DNA of 64,000 nt from Daphnia carinata (GCF_022539665.2 NC_081333.1:2728001-2792000), one strand, 5' to 3'; shown: positions 25,245 to 38,060, counted from the first letter of the stretch. Translations and numbers: made by a program. The notes: generated by a model from the sequence alone, not told the origin.

Positions 25245-28200
25245 ATGGCGACGAACGAAGGTAAACGCACTCAAAATTGAAAACCTCATGTTTTTTTTTT
25301 ACAGACACCTAGTCGTTGAAACATTGTGCTGTTAGTACATCCAAAGCGACGCAAAGTTTTTCATTTGGTTGGAATGCCCTTCAATTAAGAGTTTATTAGA
25401 CATGAGTAAAGACAATCAATCGGAAGACGTTACGACGCTGTTGTGTGAGAACGATGCATAGCATTTTAGCATGCTTCTCGCATATTGTTTTGGTTTTTTA
25501 AATCCGCATTAATTTTAATTTTGTCATCGTTTTGTTTGTTCTTAGGTAGTGATGTCAGACCTGAAGTGGAGACAAACTCCAGTCCATCAGAACACTACAG
25601 CGATCCAGCAAACGGTTCACCTTCAACATGCAATTCAGGTAAAATCATTTTTCGTAGATTTTAGATGCAGATTGGTAGATCATTCTGTTACCAGAAAATG
25701 GTGCATCAGAGATGATATTTCATCTTACACCTCAACCTTACGGAGTGCTGGTGTGTTTCTTAGTATACAGTAACACAACATGGCTGCTCCCAAACTTATG
25801 AACAGCTATGTATGTTAACAATGGCTGAACATAGTTTGGTGATTTAGCTTTTCTTCTTGCAAAGGTGTCCCATTGTTTTTCTTTTAAATATGTGTATAAC
25901 CTAACATTTAACATATTAATCGTCACTCCTGTTACAAGGTCGTCTTAGATCTGGCAAAGCATGTGTCAGCCACAGAAAATGTGTTACTACTACTTTTAAA
26001 GACCTGGGGTTACCATTTCGAAGGTGGTTATAGAAAAGCTACAGAAATGTTAAATCAGTCAACTTATTAATTGTGAGAAAGATCACAATCTCTTATTAGG
26101 TGCCCCAATGCAAGATTAGCATTCTACTTTTACATGTTCGTTGCATTTTGCGAAGTTGACGTGGCCAGTTAAATCCTCCTTGCGTTTCACCTCCGCAAAT
26201 AGTACTTCAAAACGTCTCTTGTGCTTGTGCAAATTCAACTGCGCTTTCAACCTTTAGCCCAGGTGCGCGTACCTCCCTTTTGCGAGACCGAACTGGGTCC
26301 GACTAGTCTGGACCCCGTAGTATGGACAGTCGTTTGGTGTTGACCGTGACGCGCAGTCGCTAACCCACAGCGTTTCTTAAGTTCCTGCCGATACCGACAT
26401 TTGGTAGTCGGAAACGTCAGAGAGTTTTCACAGTTGTTGTCGTTGTTGACACAGCTAACAAGGCGTACGAATACTTTTGGTGATTGGACCACTGCTGTTG
26501 CGATTAATGTTTGTGAGTCAGGTCTTAGCGCAATCTCGATGCAGATTTTTTCCCTTTTGTGTTAAGTGAATATTTAATCAGGGATTGACCAATCGTGTTC
26601 TTTTTCCCCGGTTGTTGTCGTCACTGCAGTGCATGCTTTTGCAACCTTGAATCAGCTCTTAGTCTGAACGCGTGCTGTAGGGTATTTGAGTAAGCAAACC
26701 GATGGGCGGAGATGAAGGCCAAGGTTGGCGGGAGGAAAGAGCTCGTAAGTTTGCAAACCCTGAACAGCTTTGAACCGGTTAGCTCCGGTTCTGCGAATCG
26801 TCTATACTTCTGACCTACTTCAGTCTTGGCAATATCACCACCTTCTCTTTTGTTGAAATCTCCTATTTTGCAACGTAAGTGACGGTAGTGTGGGCGGGGA
26901 AAAGGCCGCACTCCTTCTTTTACCGAGAAGCCCAATTTGCTGTAACAGCCTGAAATCTCAAGCCGTTCTGTGTATCGATATGCAACTGTCATTTTTGTTG
27001 CCATTTCGCAATGGGAATTTGCATTTTTCCCCATAAATTTTCTAATTGCCAAGGGGAATATTGAATTCCGCCCGGAATGGCTGAGAAATCCAACGTGGTT
27101 TCCAGGTGGAAAGAACGTGAAACGATTAAATTACGTTCTCAGCTCAAACCGGATACAACTGATAGCGAAGCTTTTATGATGTAATTTCCAACTTTCATTC
27201 ATGTGGTCGCGCTCGCGTTACCTCATTCGAAGTGCAGATAGTTTTCTGAGCTTGCGGAAAATTGCGTTTAAATATTTTTTTAATTTTTCAAATTTAAGTT
27301 TGATCTATGCAATCGTAGTGGATAGGCAGGAAAAGGACAAGGTTGGTCTATCGGTTTCGGAAAGGAAATGAAATGAAAATAACAAAAGATTGAATAACAG
27401 AAAAGTGATTCAGGAGGTAAACCAAGAGCCACCCGTTGCCTCTTTATTGCTAGATGTCCGGCTGCGAGGAATGTACTCCGGTCCCCAGGAAAACTCTGCT
27501 CGATTTACCTCCTCCGTCCGTCTCCGTCGCCGCTGGATCAAACCCCCTCTTATCGCCCTTGAACGACTAGAAGCGGCTGGAATTGGTTTTGGCGGTTTAA
27601 CGTCGTAGAACGCGACCTTAGTCCAAAGTAATTTCACTGGGTCTGGTGGCGAGAGCCTCGTGTTGTTGGAAATAGCCTGACTGCTACGTTTTCACGCAGT
27701 TCGGGACAGACCTTGTTCGGGTTCGGTTCGGTCTGCTCCATTCTTACGCCACTTTTCGTTTGAACGTTGCGTGACCCACTCGGCACGCGGATTTTTGTTG
27801 CCTACGTGCGTGCGTTTATCAGATCGGCAAGCTGTTTGGTCACTGTCATTCGGCAGGTATCAGCTTTGGCTGGCCGCCCGCAATGAAGTACTCGTCCAAG
27901 TATCGTCGATTAAGTACGAATTCTAATTATTTATAACCTATAATGAACGATTTAGGTTCTCTCCCTGTCTTGATCCCTTTGTTTGCTGCGTTTAACAGTG
28001 TCAGTTCTATTTTTAATACTTTCATTGCGCTTTCATATCTTTCTTTTTTCCGGGCTTTTAAATTAATTAAATTAAAATTCATATGTTGATTTCTTTTATA
28101 GGTGGATCGGTATTTTCAAGTCCGAAGGTTTTGACGGGAGCCGGAAACAACCCGTTTGCTGTCCGGAGCTCACCGGGACGAGTGAGCAACGACAGTAACA

Positions 28201-30003
28201 GCGGTGACATACCTAACCATTCACCCGCGTCCATCATAGCACCTAGTAAATTCGGTGCTTCAGTCTCGTCTCCTTGCAATTTCTCCAATTCGGCTCAGGC
28301 TGCGACTGGATTGTGCGTACCATCTCCAACTAGCCATCCCTTCAAAGAGTCTCATGGTATTACGTGTGTTAACCTAGGTTTATAAACACACCGTGAATAA
28401 GCGACAACATTTCTTTATAGATGGAGCAGATTTTAACGGCACGTCGTCAAAACCATTGCTTCGTCCTTCTCTCATTGGCTCGGGCTCTTCGTTTGCATCC
28501 ACTGGAACGTCGCAAAACCATAGTATCCTAAAACCGGCTACACTGGGAAATCCATTTTCGCGAGCAGTTGAATTGGCTGACGAAGATTCCTCTATCCCAC
28601 CAGTACAACATCCGGTGCCACAGCGGAACTTGGGGACCGATACAGCTGAATCAAAACCAACAGTTTTGGTACCTTCACGATTAAACAGTGTCAGCGCTGA
28701 AGGTTCGTCACCCACGGCGCCAGCAGCCGCAAGCGAAGGCAGTGATGAAGGATCTGAATTGGGTGGAACTTCGGTGGCTCCGGATATAGCACCTACAGAA
28801 TCCGTTGTTCCTTCGGCCATTCCGCGCCCATCGCTTACATCTACCAGTCTATTCTCTACTACAGTGACCAGTGCCACTTCTGTTGCCACTAACCCAGCCC
28901 CACCTACTCCTACCGCTTGCGCCAACTTCGTGTTCGGACAAAAGCTTCACGAAAGAGTAGCGGTATGCATTTCGGTCGCCTTTTATGCCATCATAAACTT
29001 TATTTCTATTTTGTTTTACAGAACCCGAATCACACTTCAACAGAACCAACATCCAATGGCGCAGAACCCACTACTAATCTGTTTACGGTTATTCCTAAGG
29101 TAAGCAGCTAGCAATCATCGGGTCAAGTTAGGTACTGATTATTTCCATTTCAGGAGAAAAGTGAATTTGAAGCAGCTTCCACTAATGGAGTGGCGACCAG
29201 CAAAACCCTTTCGGATTCAGCTCGGGAGTTGGAAGAAGCAAGAGCAGCCAAACGCAAGTACGATGAAGTAACAGTCGTTACCGGTGAGGAGGACGAACAA
29301 AACGCCCTGCAGGTCTATGGCAAGCTCTTCACTTTCGACAAAGTTCAAGGTAAATGGTATCTTCCTTTTATAGCCTTTGTGGGCAGTAAATGACCTCGGT
29401 CAACTGTTTGGTCGCAGGTACCTGGATAGAGCGTGGCCGCGGTACGTTGAGGCTGAACGATAAACAACTCGATAATCACGCACTGCAGTCGAGACTTGTA
29501 ATGAGGACACAGGGTTGTCTCCGCGTCATTCTCAACACCAAAGTAGGTTTTTCCATTACCATTTATAGATTTTTTAAATTGATGTTATGGATTGTTTGTT
29601 TTAATTATAGATATGGGCAGAAATGACGATCGATAAAACGAGCAGCAAAAGTATTCGAATGACAGCTGTGGATGGTGATCAGATCCGTGTTTTTCTTCTC
29701 ATGGTAATCGTCTTTGTGGATGCAGCGGAGATACTATGATTCAAGAGTTCTCTTTCTTTCACACAGGCTAGTCTCAAAGACACGGAAACGCTCTTTAACG
29801 CGTTAGAATGGCGTTTGGCTACTTTGCGAGCTCACCAATCACGAGCAGCCGCAGCGGCCAGCTCAATACCTGATGCGGATTCGTCACCAGCGTTCTCTGC
29901 CGTCCCCCACAACGAAGACGGCACTAGCAGTCCCAAGCGGCGAGCCCTCCCTGTTGAACCGGACGAGCCTGGCGACGAAACGAAAAAGAAGCGTTCCGAA
30001 TGA
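25245..30003 (+). CDS. RANBP3: Ran-binding protein 3; exons ~25245-25260, 25546-25638, 28102-28356, 28421-28962, 29022-29099, 29154-29349, 29418-29542, 29611-29703, 29767-30003
   Basis: FVFGQKLHERV motif, then a RanBD (EVTVVTGEEDEQNALQVYGKLFTFDK, WIERGRGTLRLND, SRLVMRTQGCLRVILNTKIW). The two 5' exons (MATNE / GSDVRPEV...) are inferred from phase-1 compatible splice sites and are less certain. Confidence 0.85.
26973..26980. promoter_or_regulatory. DRE-like palindrome TATCGATA in the large RanBP3 intron (also at 47420-47427 and 54359-54366)
   Basis: Exact match to the DREF element; function here is unverified. Confidence 0.3.
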
Positions 30004-30613
30004 CATAACAACAAAAGGGATACAACGTTGACTCAGCAGCGCACGTAAACCTCTGCAATCCTTGTTTTTGCCGAGTCGACTACAGTATATAAAAACAAAC
30101 CGTACCCACAAATTTCTTACTCCTTTGATCGACGAAGCTTGTGTGTTGTTTGCAAAATGAGCCGTCTTCGAAGGTAACATGAAGATGTTGTTTTTGGTTG
30201 ACACCTTCCCGTGTCTCCTTCCTTTTTTTTTTCTTTTTTTTTCAAGTACTTGTATATTGTATATTACAATACGTGTACTTGATACGAGATATTGTCGCGT
30301 AAAGACCTCCTCGCACTTAAACTCACGTTCGTCTCTCTTTTTTTTTTTCCTCTTGCATCTTTTTGCCTGTAGTTTGCATCATCGTCACTGGTTAAACAAT
30401 GTTGAGTACCTAAGTTACGCATTACAATATTAATCTAGCTCAACCTTGGGTCGTTGACTAAAACTAGTTGGCAATAAATATGGTAAATGTCATCGACTAT
30501 GTGGGGAGGACTGGTAGGATTTATTGCAAACACAGGTTTGCCTCATCAGGCATTGGGATCAATCCAGCAGGGCGAGCACGATTATACAAGTATAGAAAGC
30601 TGTGAATTTGATT

Positions 30614-31410
30614 TCAGTTGATTTTTTTGGTGCTGGCACCTCCACGAGCTCTCCATGCTGATATCAAAGTGTGTGCAAAGTACAGAGAGAAACAGTGAAT
30701 TTGAAGTGCCACCAATGAGAAAGCGTACCACAACAGCGCGTACGGATAGCCCTAAAGGATGCAAACGAATGATTTCTACTAGGCAATCTATTTAGTAATG
30801 TGCTGTAATATCCAAATACCTGCCATAACATGAGGCCATCTGAGGAGCGTGTGCTTACATATTGCCAGAAGTCGCCCAGGTAATATCCCAGGGAAAAGAA
30901 GATTGGAAGAAGTGCAAAAACTACATCGCCCATGACAAAAACGGACATGGATCGAATTATGTTGCGTCGCAAAGAAGATAGGCCATAAAAGACAAATGGC
31001 AGACTGCAGCACCATGCATACTCCCAGACTAAAGGCTGTGATAAAAGAAAGCACTATGGTTGGCAAAACGATCAAGGCTGGACAAGAAGCAATTACCTTT
31101 GGGATTTCAAGTTCTTCTAGCTCCAAAATAAAGATGTCAAGTCGATCAAAAATGTCAGCAGACAGTTTAGCGAGCATCAGGAAAAATAAGAGTATGTGGA
31201 AGAAAAGACAAGCTTTCAATCGGGATTTGCTCTGAGCACTGAAATCCAGTACAAAGACATTAAAAAAATACCGCATTAGCTAACATTTGATTGCTACGTT
31301 GATCGGAAGAATATTGTATACCTTATTCTATATTGGTTGGCTACTCTTTCACGGTGACCATAGTCCGAACCATCAGTACCGGAAGCGACTGGACCTCCTC
31401 TCGTTGCCAT
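30614..31410 (-). CDS. JAGN1: Protein jagunal homolog (ER membrane); exons 31410-31322, 31238-31097, 31035-30820, 30751-30614
   Basis: [24 protein letters not shown]...[11 protein letters not shown]...[16 protein letters not shown]...[13 protein letters not shown]...[14 protein letters not shown], with the jagunal N-terminal GTDGxDF/Y motif and a C-terminal KKxx. Confidence 0.93.
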
Positions 31411-32827
31411 CGTTGTCAAAAGAAGTCACTATTAAACTTAGGCAGATGTGCATTAACGTTCTCACTCTCTTCTCTTGAACACCGAACCACTTGAAAAGCC
31501 AGATTCTTTTTCGATACACAAATAGGGCTAACAAGAAATTCCGGCTTGTCCAGAAATAGAGCCGGAATCGATGACGAGACAGGAACAGCAGAACAAACTT
31601 TGATGCAGTGTGTATGCAGTACTACAGGGTTGTTTTTGACTCAAAAATCAATGATAACTTTATAAAATATTTGTCGGATACGAAACGTAAGAACATTATT
31701 TCTTAACATAAAAATTGAGGAATCATTCTAAATAAAATAAAATAATAATAATTCAAATTCTCTCCAGATCTGACATAACACAGAAAAAACTTTAAGCCCG
31801 ACTTTTCTCGGTCGGGCTTAAAAAATTTTTCTGCAAAACTGACACTCATCGAAATTGGTTGAATATCACAGGATATACTCAAAATTGGATGCTCATTCCA
31901 GGAAAATTGCTACTTTTTTCACTAAGTTAATCGTTTTTGAAATACATCGAATATTTGACGCAATGCTAGCGCGCCAGTACGCTACAGCGTTAGTGCGACG
32001 CAGTAGAAAGATTCGGTGAGCGTATTTAGAGAACTAACTAGAAATTTGACCGGTAGATGACGATAGCAGTGGCTTAAAAATAAGCCCGACAAATAAATAA
32101 GCCCGACTTTTCCAGAAACATTCTACTTTTATGGCAATTCGTTTTACCCAAAAAAAAAAAATTTAGGCCTTTTTTTTCTTTTTTACAGCTATGGCCATCT
32201 AGCGGCCAGATTCTTCTTTAATTTTCTTATTCATTCCTTCAGACATGGATTGGATATGGTTACTTGAACACTGGATTTGCAAATGCAGTACAGCTGACTT
32301 ATGTTTCACATGGTCAGTTGGAGATTTCCCAGGCAAAATTTCTAGTAACTCAGCATTTGGTACCATCTTTACTATAATTTTATACAGTCCTGCATGTCTC
32401 ATTAATTAAGATTTAAATCCTTTTATAGATTGTCACATCAGTGAGCAAGGTTCAGTTTAGGGATTGAGAGCCCTCAGCGACTATAACACCTAGCCCATAT
32501 TCAAATTGTAGCACTTGATTGCTGCCACTGGTTCTTCAAAATGCCTATCTTGTTTTGAATGCTTGACAGCCAAATGGTACTCCGACGTCACATAAATATC
32601 AATTGTTTACTTTATTTACATTTATTAAAAATTTTTGAAGGAATGATTTAAACAAATGCCAAAGGTGAGACATGCTGGAAAAGCTTGATATGAATGTGTA
32701 GACGTAGTTTTGGAATTTAGAGGTGCAGCGGGCTGTTGGGTAAAACTTCATTTAAATTTTGTTTCAATTCAATATGTTTTAGTTACTATTTGCGTGATCA
32801 CACAAAGGATTCACCATCCAGGCAATG

Positions 32828-32923
32828 TGGATATTCTGCCATGTACATGATAAACCAAGGATTCTTCGTCAACATGGATATTCTGCCATGTACATGATAA
32901 ACCAAGGATTCTTCGTCAACATG
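32828..32923 (+). repeat. Perfect 47 bp tandem duplication
   Basis: tggatattctgccatgtacatgataaaccaaggattcttcgtcaaca x2. Confidence 0.95.
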
Positions 32924-34544
32924 CAAGATGTTACTCCCTGGTAATGCTTTTCTGCTGAGTTTGTTTAGTTTTCTAATTTTAATCGTCAATGTTGTATTAG
33001 TAAACTACTGTTGGCAGAAAAGCTGATACATTAGGAAAACGGTTATGGCAAGTGCGATGAATAAATCACCATAGGTCAGTTGTCTTGCCTTCACAATTGC
33101 AATGAAGATGAATCATGGAGTCAAATACAGTAAAAGGTGGTACTATTTAAAATTTTTTAATTGTTTTAATTGGTGTATTGCTAAGTGCTGATACATGTGT
33201 AGAACATGCTGGAATTCATGTCATCCTGGAGAGGACTAAAAAAACGAGCTTTATCCACGAAGCAGCTCATTCATCATGTCCCAAACGATTGTCTGCGTCA
33301 GCCAGCAATCTTTCAATGGTTAACAAGCATTTAATAGTTTTGAAAATCGCGGTTGGCACTCCCTAAGGCGACATCCCTTAATCCTCACCTGTCAATAGAT
33401 TTGAGTGCAACCATTTCTATTCTGAACTGTCGCCTACGAAATTCTTTTTCCATAAAATCAGGTGATATGATGTTATAATGGAAATTATTGTCAAGACTGC
33501 AGAGACCAGGTACATTGTTTACCTTAAAGTTTAGTGATCAAAACAACCAACTTTTGTAACCTATCTGTTTTTTATGGTGCATGGAACGTCCAACCGGAAA
33601 GCCCATGGAAGATCTCTGTGTCCAACACGAAGGGTTCTTCCAAACTTTCGTATTCAAGTTTTGGCTATGGTGATCATTTGCAACTGCATAGCCTTTTAGA
33701 AGCTCCTGCCAGGAATCTACAGGAATATGGCAGATGATGAATTTATGTACCATGTAAGCGATATCAATAAGAACGTCTTATGCTTATCTATGTTTTATTT
33801 TCTTAATTTAGATTAATAGCAATAGTGAACCTGCGAAGGTTTCTGGTTGGGATGTGATGACGAAAAAGATATAATAATTTGAAGTACGGAATTGAATTTC
33901 CCTCCATCAGTCGCCTGTGTATTCCCGCGTATTACGGTATTAATCATTTAAAAATTGAAGTGCATATCTGGGCTCCCTTCTTTTCTGTAGCCCCGTTTCC
34001 CCTTGACTCATAATAAGCCCGTAGGGGGTCATGCCCCTACTGTACGGTATATATAAAAATAACATATACCGAGGTTTGGAGGGCTCTGGCCGGAAAGGGG
34101 ACGTGGAGGTCCGCTTAGTCCGATGATGTGTTCACGGAGGGCGACGTGGCTACCCACAAATCCGAACTAAAGGTTAATCGCTCCTGTAAAAATGTTCCAT
34201 ATCTTCGGCTCTTCTTCCGGCTTCTCTTAGCCAATCACCGGGTAATCTCCCCGGTGGGTCAACAAGGCAGTGTCTCCCCCTGCCTGGGTTGACGGCAACT
34301 TTTGAAAGGGCTATTGTGCCTTTTTAAAGTTGCAAAAATAATTGTAGTGTGCAGAGAATTGTCAATAAATTTTTTTTTATAAAATGTTTTTTGCAAAATT
34401 TGTTATTTTCATTGTCTGTGTTCACACATTACATTTATCAATTTTTTTTTTATTTAGCTTGCTCAATTCACCTTTATTGTTTATGCCACCTTTGATGGTA
34501 AACATTGTTGGTATATCGTTTATCTGTAAGCATCCAATTATTAT

Positions 34545-34603
34545 CCAGGGATAGAACCCTGAATGTTCGGCATACCGCGCCGATGCTCTACCAATGAGCC
34601 ATG
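34545..34603 (-). pseudogene. tRNA-derived sequence (degenerate tRNA or SINE head)
   Basis: Minus strand TGGCTCATTGGTAGAGC (A box/D arm)...GGTTCTATCCC (B-box-like); no intact acceptor stem seen. Confidence 0.6.
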
Positions 34604-34730
34604 AATCGTATGATGTCAGGTTGGCTTTTTTCTAGTCACTTGCGGACTTGCATTTACACTTTGAATAAAACTGACATGCAATACTGCAATATTCTTTTCT
34701 ACATTTAGATATAGATCTTTATACATCTAC

Positions 34731-34788
34731 TAAGGCTTGAACCCAGGGTAACAGTTATCGCAGCTGAATGCTCTACCACAAAGCTATG
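34731..34788 (-). pseudogene. tRNA-derived sequence, tRNA-Cys-like 5' half
   Basis: Minus strand ATAGCTTTGTGGTAGAGCATTCAGCTGCGAT...GGGTTCAAGCC has A and B boxes; the anticodon arm is degenerate. Confidence 0.55.
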
Positions 34789-34895
34789 GACCTTATGAAA
34801 GCAATAGAAAGATAAACATATAGTTGTGAAAGACTGCATAAACATCCTAGACGATAACATACGATATGCGATAATAAAAATTTTAAATATATCTC

Positions 34896-34953
34896 GTGGC
34901 TCAATGTTAGAGCATCGGCGTCGCACGCTGAATGTCTGGGGATCGGTTCCCAT
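34896..34953 (+). pseudogene. tRNA-derived sequence, inverted relative of 34545-34603
   Basis: GTGGCTCAATGTTAGAGCATCGGCG...GGGATCGGTTCCC shares GGCTCA-N5-AGAGCATCGGCG with the minus-strand copy. Confidence 0.55.
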
Positions 34954-36615
34954 ACCAGTAAAACAATATACAAATACAAGATTACTTCAGAAAATATCCA
35001 GGTATTACACGTTGTTACTTGTCTAAATTCAAGAATTAAAAAAGTGTAATAAATAATAATTGAGTACTTTCAGATAAACGATACAACGGTGGCAAAAACA
35101 ATAAAGATGAATTGAGCAAGCTAAACAAAAAAAAAGAAGCGAAGCGAACACAGACAATGAAAGAAACAAATTTTGCAAAAAACATTTTATAAAAAAAAAT
35201 TTATTGACAATTCTCTGCACCTTACAATTATTTTTGCAACTTTAAAAAGGCACAATAGCCCCTTCAAAAGTTGCCGTCAACCCAGGCAGGGGGAGACACT
35301 GCCTTGTTGACCCACCGGGGAGATTACCCGGTGATTGGCTAAGAGAAGCCGGAAGAAGAGCCGAAGATATGGAACATTTTTACAGGAGCGATTAACCTTT
35401 AGTTCGGATTTGTGGGTAGCCACGTCGCCCTCCGTGAACACATCATCGGACTAAACGGACCTCCACGTCCCCTTTCCGGCCAGAGCCCTCCAAACCTCGG
35501 TATATGTTATTTTTATATATACCGTACAGTAGGGGCATGACCCCCTACGGGCTTATTACGAGTCAAGGGGAAACGGGGCTACGGAAAGGAAGGGAGCCCA
35601 GATATGCACTTCAATTTTTTAAATATAAAATACCGTCTCGGGAATCCGAATTAAGTATAGAAATGTCATGTCATCCATTCAATCATTACAATTTATTCAG
35701 TGTCTTGCCCCAACCAAGAATCTTTTCAGATCCAATGTTACTATTAACCTATACTGAGAAAAGAAAAACAACACCATTAAGCATCTCAATTGTTGCTTAT
35801 GTGACTTACATGACTCATAGATTCAACTTATGGCAGAAGCTTGGGAAAGGCCATACAAATTGCAGATGAAAATCATTGTATAAGACTCTTGAATGATAAA
35901 ATAGCACCCATAGAATGTTGCATTGTTGATAGTTGTGTTCCCAGTATGCTGAAAATCCTTTCCTATTGGATAAATGTTTTTTTTTTTTAGATTAGACATG
36001 GGTGGCAAAAAGGAGAAATGCTTCGTCATAAATTCAAAAAATTTTCAAGAAAATTCCTTTCATACCTAAAGAGTCCATGTATGATGTTCAACGCTGCAAT
36101 GCCAGCGAAGTGAAACATTTTTAGAGCCATTTAAGTACCCAGCTTCACCAACACTCTGAACGTAAAGGACAAGTTGTTCTTTAGCAAGAGAAGCAGCTCA
36201 TACCTTAATGGTAATGCACTTTCAGTGTTTTTCAACTGTAGGCTCACTCTTCAATCCTGTAACACTTCCAGATTTTACTAGAACCACCGCTAAAATTCTG
36301 TGAATGCAAAATAACAGCATTAAAAATACTTTTTCAATAGACAAAAAACCGAAAAGTACCTAATCCATGTTTTATGTTGAACTCATGCCGTTTCTGGGTT
36401 TCCGTACCACACCCATTTTCGTTCCAAATATGGTCCCACAATGCTTCAGTTCCTTCGCTGCATGGACTTATTATTAACAATTCTTTTAGTACAGCACTAA
36501 CAGAATTTAAATTTAACACACTGTCAGGTGGTGGACTGAATAACTAAACAATAAATAATTGTTTTTTTTTAAATTCTATACTTATTTTGAATTCTTATTT
36601 GAAAAGTTTATATAC

Positions 36616-37035
36616 CTGACTGTGTTCGCCTAACGCCAACTCATCCTCACGTTCAGTTAGGGATGAGTTTTGAAAAACCTCCTTCACTGTTTGGAAACTG
36701 TTCCGTTCCAATTTGTTCTTTTCCCCTAGCTGAGCTTGTAGACTCAAAATTTGAGCTACAAAACACAAATGAATAAAAGCAAATAAATAGAATCATTACG
36801 TATTAGGCCTTACCATCCTTAGCTTTGCTGTTATCTAATATTTTGTGTTGTTCCAATAATTGGGCCTGCAGCTTCAAAATTTGATCTAATAAACAATAAT
36901 TAATAATTGAAAATCAATATAATAATGTTTATACTTACCATCCTTTTGTTGTATTATCTTATCCATTATTCAATTGTTCCTCCAGCCACGCGTTATTCTC
37001 CATCCACGCTACTGAACTAACTGCGAATGGCATCC
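36616..37035 (-). pseudogene. Small spliced coiled-coil gene or pseudogene, convergent to the decayed gene in the element
   Basis: Strong gtaag donors and repeated exons: ...DKIIQQKD | DQILKLQAQLLEQHKILDNSKAKD | AQILSLQAQLGEKNKLERNSFQTVKEVF...; the 5' end contains stops. Confidence 0.45.
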
Positions 37036-37684
37036 AATGGACTGAAATTGCCTACGCCAGTAATAACGAGTCTGAGCGGTAGATGATTACGTGTCGGAAA
37101 AAAAGAAAAAAGTGTGATTTTTTTTTTTGGCGAAATTTTTTTTTTTTTTTGTGTAAAACGGATTGCCATATATTTTTTCAAAAATGTTTACAATTTAGCA
37201 AGGTAACGATGTGCTTTAGTTTCTAAATCGTCTAAAATTACGAAAAGTAACTGTTTTTTTTATGAGATCAGAAATTTCTGAAAAAAGGAAAACACATTTA
37301 CGAGCGTTGGCGCGCCAGAACGGTACGGCGCATTCATGCCACAGCCCATTATTTAATATATTTTCAAAATAACTGCTTTGACGAGCAAATGAATAATTTT
37401 CCTGAACAAAGCGTTTAATTTTTATTGTAAAGAGCAATAAATTAAGAATTTCAAGTAGTTTTGTCAAAATGTTTGGCTAGAAACGTAAGCCCGACACACA
37501 GAGGGTCGGGCTTATTTGCCCGACCTGTTAGCGCACCCCTCTGTTTTTTACGTATATTTCAAAAACCATAAAGCCAATGCAAAAATGAACTTGATTTTCA
37601 TGGTTTCCATTCAATTTTGAATCGAAATCATGTATTTCAAGTGAAATTTAAGTTTTGGCCAAAAATGAAAAAGTGGGAAGGCTA

Positions 37685-38060
37685 TAGCCTTCTCACTTTT
37701 ATCAAAATCGGCCAAGAACGAAATCTCATGGAATTGGATGAAACTCACCTATGGTAATCAAAACTGAATGGTGATTACGAATACAATATTAGTTTGCCCC
37801 TCAGTCTTGTTTAGATCCTAATTTGATTGATATTTCCAGCATGGAAACCTATTTTTACGATATTTCTGTTAATAGATGGCGTTGGCGACGGTAAACAAAC
37901 TAATATCACTTTGATTACATTTTACTCCAAAACTGCACAATTAAGAGGAAAACTTATGCTATATTCGGAATCAGCGTTTAATTCTGATTCTTTCTGGTGA
38001 GTTTAAACCAATTCCGTGAGATTTCATTCTTTGCCGATTTTGACAAAAGTGGGAAGGCTA
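37685..38060. mobile_element. MITE-like element with ~115 bp imperfect TIRs, each end lying in a 32 bp near-palindrome
   Basis: tagccttctcacttttatcaaaatcggc...gaaactcacc versus ggtgagttt...gccgattttgacaaaagtgggaaggcta; aaaagtgggaaggcta|tagccttctcactttt occurs at 37669-37700 and 38045-38076. Confidence 0.75.

Larger units (their letters stand above)
33921..35645. mobile_element. Foldback element: ~580 bp inverted arms (~33946-34527 and ~35071-35624) around a ~540 bp spacer
   Basis: The arms are reverse complements with few mismatches, e.g. gtgcatatctgggctcccttc / gaagggagcccagatatgcac and ggcagtgtctccccctgcctggg / cccaggcagggggagacactgcc. Confidence 0.9.
32190..36210 (+). pseudogene. Degenerate multi-exon gene inside the element (possible transposase remnant), interrupted by the foldback insertion
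   Basis: Exon-like blocks with GT/AG borders but many stops and frameshifts. EHWICKCSTADLC at ~32265-32303, followed by a frameshifted His, resembles a SWIM CxC..CxH finger. Confidence 0.35.

Noticed and set aside
26621..27052. 143 aa minus-strand ORF in the RanBP3 intron
   Set aside because: No recognisable motif or supporting exon structure.
28380..28925. 181 aa minus-strand ORF
   Set aside because: Antisense to the RanBP3 low-complexity exon.
32828..32923. CRISPR-like direct repeat
   Set aside because: Two abutting copies with no spacer in a eukaryotic context; a simple tandem duplication.
34110..34175. Possible hammerhead ribozyme in the foldback arm (CCGATGA...CGAAC)
   Set aside because: The core deviates from CUGAUGA/GAAA and the segment folds better as a simple hairpin.
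34545..34953. Functional tRNA genes
   Set aside because: Acceptor stems and anticodon arms are broken; recorded as tRNA-derived remnants instead.
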